NCBI GenBank assembly: GCA_965649055.1
Contig: CBFGJG010000023.1
Coordinates: 1-30,140 of the forward strand
Direction of reading: 5' to 3'
Length of the DNA: 30,140 nucleotides
Source: a candidate division WOR-3 bacterium
Lineage (GTDB): Bacteria > Hydrothermota > UBA3072 > B12-G15
Below are positions 27,511-30,140 of the stretch, piece after piece. How positions within the stretch are numbered: position 1 is the stretch's first letter; each line of letters starts with the position of its first letter. Under the pieces are notes generated by a model. It was not told the origin of the DNA. It saw nothing but the letters and a program-made list of their open reading frames with translations, and did no database searches. The position numbers and the translations under genes are program-made.

Positions 27511-27779
27511 TTTAAACCTCCTGTTAAATTTCTTTTTTCTTTAATTCCTTTAACATAATTTTTGATCTTTTTATGGAGTAATGGGATTTTATTTTTTACA
27601 ATATTCCAAAAAAGTTTATAATCTTTATCAAGGTATTCGTGGAAAAGTATATCTATATCGCTTCTTTTTGTCTTCACTTTTATTTGGGCATCAAAAATTT
27701 CTTTAACTTTAAATCTCTTTTTTATTTTAATTGTATGCTCTTTTAATTTTTTCGTTATTTTGTTATTTATTTTGTTCAT
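27495..27779 (-). pseudogene. Probable collapsed MNT antitoxin/HEPN (DUF86, HepT-like) toxin relic, 94-aa open frame
   Basis: KLKEH...IKKRFKVKEI resembles an MNT N-terminus; DILFHEY..DYKLFWNIVKNKIPLL resembles a DUF86 C-terminus lacking the Arg of RX4H. Confidence 0.55.
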
Positions 27780-28110
27780 TTTCTTTTTTCTCGGCTATTT
27801 CGTCATTTTCTGAAGGGAAAGTAAAGGCAAGCATTACAAGGGCTAATTTCGTAGATTCAAAATCTTCATTAGCAAGTTCGAAGACTTTTTTTATTTCTTC
27901 ATCTGAAGGAAGATGAATCATTTCTTTTTGTTCAAGACGTAATCTTCCTTCTCTTAACATCTTTACAATAGTTTCTTCAAAATCTTTTGTCTCTTTTTTT
28001 GCGTTTCTGATATTATCTGCATAACTGTATTTTTTTTCTCTAATAAAGTATCTTAATGTTCGTGCAAGACTTTTTAATGAAGGATTCTCAATAATATTCT
28101 GTTTTATCAT
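27763..28110 (-). CDS. cas11: Internally initiated Cas11/Csa5-like small subunit (115 aa)
   Basis: In-frame AAGGAGGT-TGCA-ATG inside cas8; helical product with YSYADNIRNA and LPSDEEI. Confidence 0.7.
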   Translation of the reverse strand: MIKQNIIENPSLKSLARTLRYFIREKKYSYADNIRNAKKETKDFEETIVKMLREGRLRLEQKEMIHLPSDEEIKKVFELANEDFESTKLALVMLAFTFPSENDEIAEKKENEQNK

Positions 28111-29172
28111 TGCAACCTCCTTTAAAAGGTATTTTGTTGTTTCCGGATATAAAAGATTTGAAAAATTGTCTGTTGATGTCTCCTTAGCATAAAGACGGGC
28201 AAATTTGAGAATATTAAATTTTTGCTGAGATTTAAGAATATTTGTTATTTCAAGAAGGGATGAGATTTTTGGCTGAGTCTTTGAATTACCAAGCAATTTT
28301 TCAATGCATGCTGCATTAAATGGATTGTCAGAGATAAATTTTGCAAATTTCAAAGTATTAACAAACGCAGTCTGTTCAATAACTGTATCTCCTCTATTAT
28401 TTTTCGAAAGTAGAGACAAATGAAAGAGAAGGTGTAAATCTTTTATGATATCACAAAGAGATGGAACTTTTGAAAGTAAACCAATTACAAATGTCTCCAA
28501 GGGTAAAATATCTGAAAGCCAGAAGTTATGTAATGTTTTCTGAAAAGATAAAAGCAACAGTAACTGTTCAGTTATCAACCTGTCTTGCGGAATAGGAAGC
28601 ACAAGGCAATATTTTTTATTTTCCCTACTTCCCATTTGAATATTAAAAGCAAATGAGTGTAGCCCCAAAACAGCAAGGTAGCCACATATTGAACAGAGAG
28701 ATTGGTTAAAAGTTGAAAATCGTTTGTCTCTTTCATAAGGCTTTCCGGCATGAAAGGAAGAAATTAATATTAAACCACTGCTGCGTCCGAATTTTGGAAT
28801 ATATGGATGGCCACAAAATATATCTTTCTTGATATCCAGATTAGAAAAGTCTCTGAAATTGAATACCTTTAAAAATTCACACTTTTTATTTATATTTTCT
28901 ATAATTTCATTATTTGCAGAGTATTTACCTTTATCTTTTGCTTTTACTCCCAAATCAAAGAATCTATCAGATGACAAAAGTCTTCTAAGAATGTTCAAAA
29001 AAGATTGTTTTAATTTATCATCTGAATCTGTTTCAAATTCAATTTTATAAAAACCTTTGTCGACTAAAAGCTTAAATTCAATACCAGCCTCAATCCCCAC
29101 CCTTGCCAGTCCATAAGCAATCTTAATCTCTAAATCAGGAAAACCAGTTGCAGGAGTATAAAGGGTTATCAT
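27763..29172 (-). CDS. cas8: Cascade large subunit, Cas8a-like, with a fused C-terminal small-subunit domain
   Basis: Position before cas7-cas5; N-terminus LYTPATGFPDLEIKIAYGL; GK motif and CSICGYLAVLG as recalled for I-A Cas8a; no HMM run. Confidence 0.65.
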   Translation of the reverse strand: MITLYTPATGFPDLEIKIAYGLARVGIEAGIEFKLLVDKGFYKIEFETDSDDKLKQSFLNILRRLLSSDRFFDLGVKAKDKGKYSANNEIIENINKKCEFLKVFNFRDFSNLDIKKDIFCGHPYIPKFGRSSGLILISSFHAGKPYERDKRFSTFNQSLCSICGYLAVLGLHSFAFNIQMGSRENKKYCLVLPIPQDRLITEQLLLLLSFQKTLHNFWLSDILPLETFVIGLLSKVPSLCDIIKDLHLLFHLSLLSKNNRGDTVIEQTAFVNTLKFAKFISDNPFNAACIEKLLGNSKTQPKISSLLEITNILKSQQKFNILKFARLYAKETSTDNFSNLLYPETTKYLLKEVAMIKQNIIENPSLKSLARTLRYFIREKKYSYADNIRNAKKETKDFEETIVKMLREGRLRLEQKEMIHLPSDEEIKKVFELANEDFESTKLALVMLAFTFPSENDEIAEKKENEQNK

Positions 29173-30047
29173 ATCTCCTCTATCCCTATTTCAATTTTAA
29201 CTTTTCCAGAACCTCTACTTTTCTGTCCACCTAAAAGTTTAATATTCTGAATCGCAGGTAATAAAATTTTTTCAATCAATATCTTTTTTCTATTTTCAAG
29301 ATTAGTCTCTCCCCAATTACTAAGCCATTTATCTATTATTTCATTTTCTATTTTTCTCGGCTTACCAAACTCAAATCCCACTGGTGTTTTGCTAATTATT
29401 TCTATTATCCCTTTAAATACTGTTCCAGGTTTTACCTGTTCACCATCAACTTTAGCTCTCTGGGCTGCGGTTTGCGTTTTTCTATCAATTCTAATATTTG
29501 TCTGGTCTATCAACCAGTCACCCTCGTATGGACAAAAATTATTAAATCTTAGAAATCCCATTATACCTGTGCATCCCATAAAATAACATACTGGACAAAT
29601 GCCCAACTCTCCTGTTATTACATTATTTTCATCAACTTGAATTTCACAATGCCCTGTATATTTATTTCCATTCATTTTTCCTCTATATTTCTCTCTGAGT
29701 AGTTCTATTTCTCCTTTCGTGGGTCTGGGCGACGGGATACAAGGCTTTATCAATTCGTCATTTTCAAGGTTAAATAATTCCTTGAACTCTTGGAGATTTT
29801 CTATTAAAAGCAATTCGATTTGATTTCTCAACGCTCCTTTAAAACTTGTGGCAGGTATCACAGGGATTCTATCCACTTTAAAAACAGCTCCTTTCTTTTC
29901 AGTTAATGGTGAAGAAGCAGCCCCTATATGTAGAAATGAACATGCTTCAACGGTTATTGAGATAGGAACTTTAATTATCTCTAAATTCCCTTCCTGTGAT
30001 TTTTTTAAATCTATGTCTTTGTTATTCAGTTTTACTTTAATGTTCAT
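29169..30047 (-). CDS. Type III RAMP protein, Cas7 group (Csm3-like)
   Basis: LHIGA, PVIPATSFKGALR, CPVCYFMG, IRIDRKTQTA, LGGQKSRGSGKV G-rich loop. Confidence 0.85.
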   Translation of the reverse strand: MNIKVKLNNKDIDLKKSQEGNLEIIKVPISITVEACSFLHIGAASSPLTEKKGAVFKVDRIPVIPATSFKGALRNQIELLLIENLQEFKELFNLENDELIKPCIPSPRPTKGEIELLREKYRGKMNGNKYTGHCEIQVDENNVITGELGICPVCYFMGCTGIMGFLRFNNFCPYEGDWLIDQTNIRIDRKTQTAAQRAKVDGEQVKPGTVFKGIIEIISKTPVGFEFGKPRKIENEIIDKWLSNWGETNLENRKKILIEKILLPAIQNIKLLGGQKSRGSGKVKIEIGIEEI

Positions 30048-30140
30048 TTTGAACCTCCCATAAAGTTTTTAGTGAATCGAGTTTTCTAACAAAATATGCA
30101 ATTTCATCCACCGAAACATTGGCATTATAAAGCTCTTTCA
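30037..30140 (-). CDS. 3' end of an upstream gene cut by the window edge (probably another cas gene)
   Basis: Open frame ...KELYNANVSVDEIAYFVRKLDSLKTLWEVQNEH* overlapping the RAMP start. Confidence 0.5.
   Translation of the reverse strand, partial: KELYNANVSVDEIAYFVRKLDSLKTLWEVQNEH

Overview
AT-rich bacterial chromosome segment, read by eye without database searches. Bases 1-20.7 kb are housekeeping genes: an SPL-like radical SAM gene, hypCDEA, a long minus-strand run (four-subunit 2-oxoacid:ferredoxin oxidoreductase, mglB/mglA, a cNMP-binding protein, folB, folK, deoxynucleoside kinase, panC), DUF47/PiT, csp, tatC, NFACT/RqcH, and tldD-TPR-pyrK-pyrD-pyrF-pyrE. Bases 21.7-30.1 kb hold a mosaic minus-strand CRISPR-Cas locus that runs off the right edge: a type III Csm3-like RAMP, a type I-A-like Cas8a with an in-frame internal start for a Cas11/Csa5-like subunit, an MNT/HEPN relic, cas7, cas5, no cas3 in its usual slot, cas4, an AAA+ ATPase, I-B-like cas1/cas2, a leader and a short array. 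The strongest novel signal is a 65-bp paired-hairpin (REP doublet-like) element present twice in the array with the same junction inside the repeat (GTTT^CAAT). It sits beside a small GIY-YIG nuclease gene that carries a remnant of the same hairpin at its other end, making it a candidate CRISPR-repeat-targeting mini mobile element. Also found: an unannotated 23-aa Lys-rich peptide gene, an ATA-initiated zinc-ribbon extension, and a recurring 16-bp promoter spacer.
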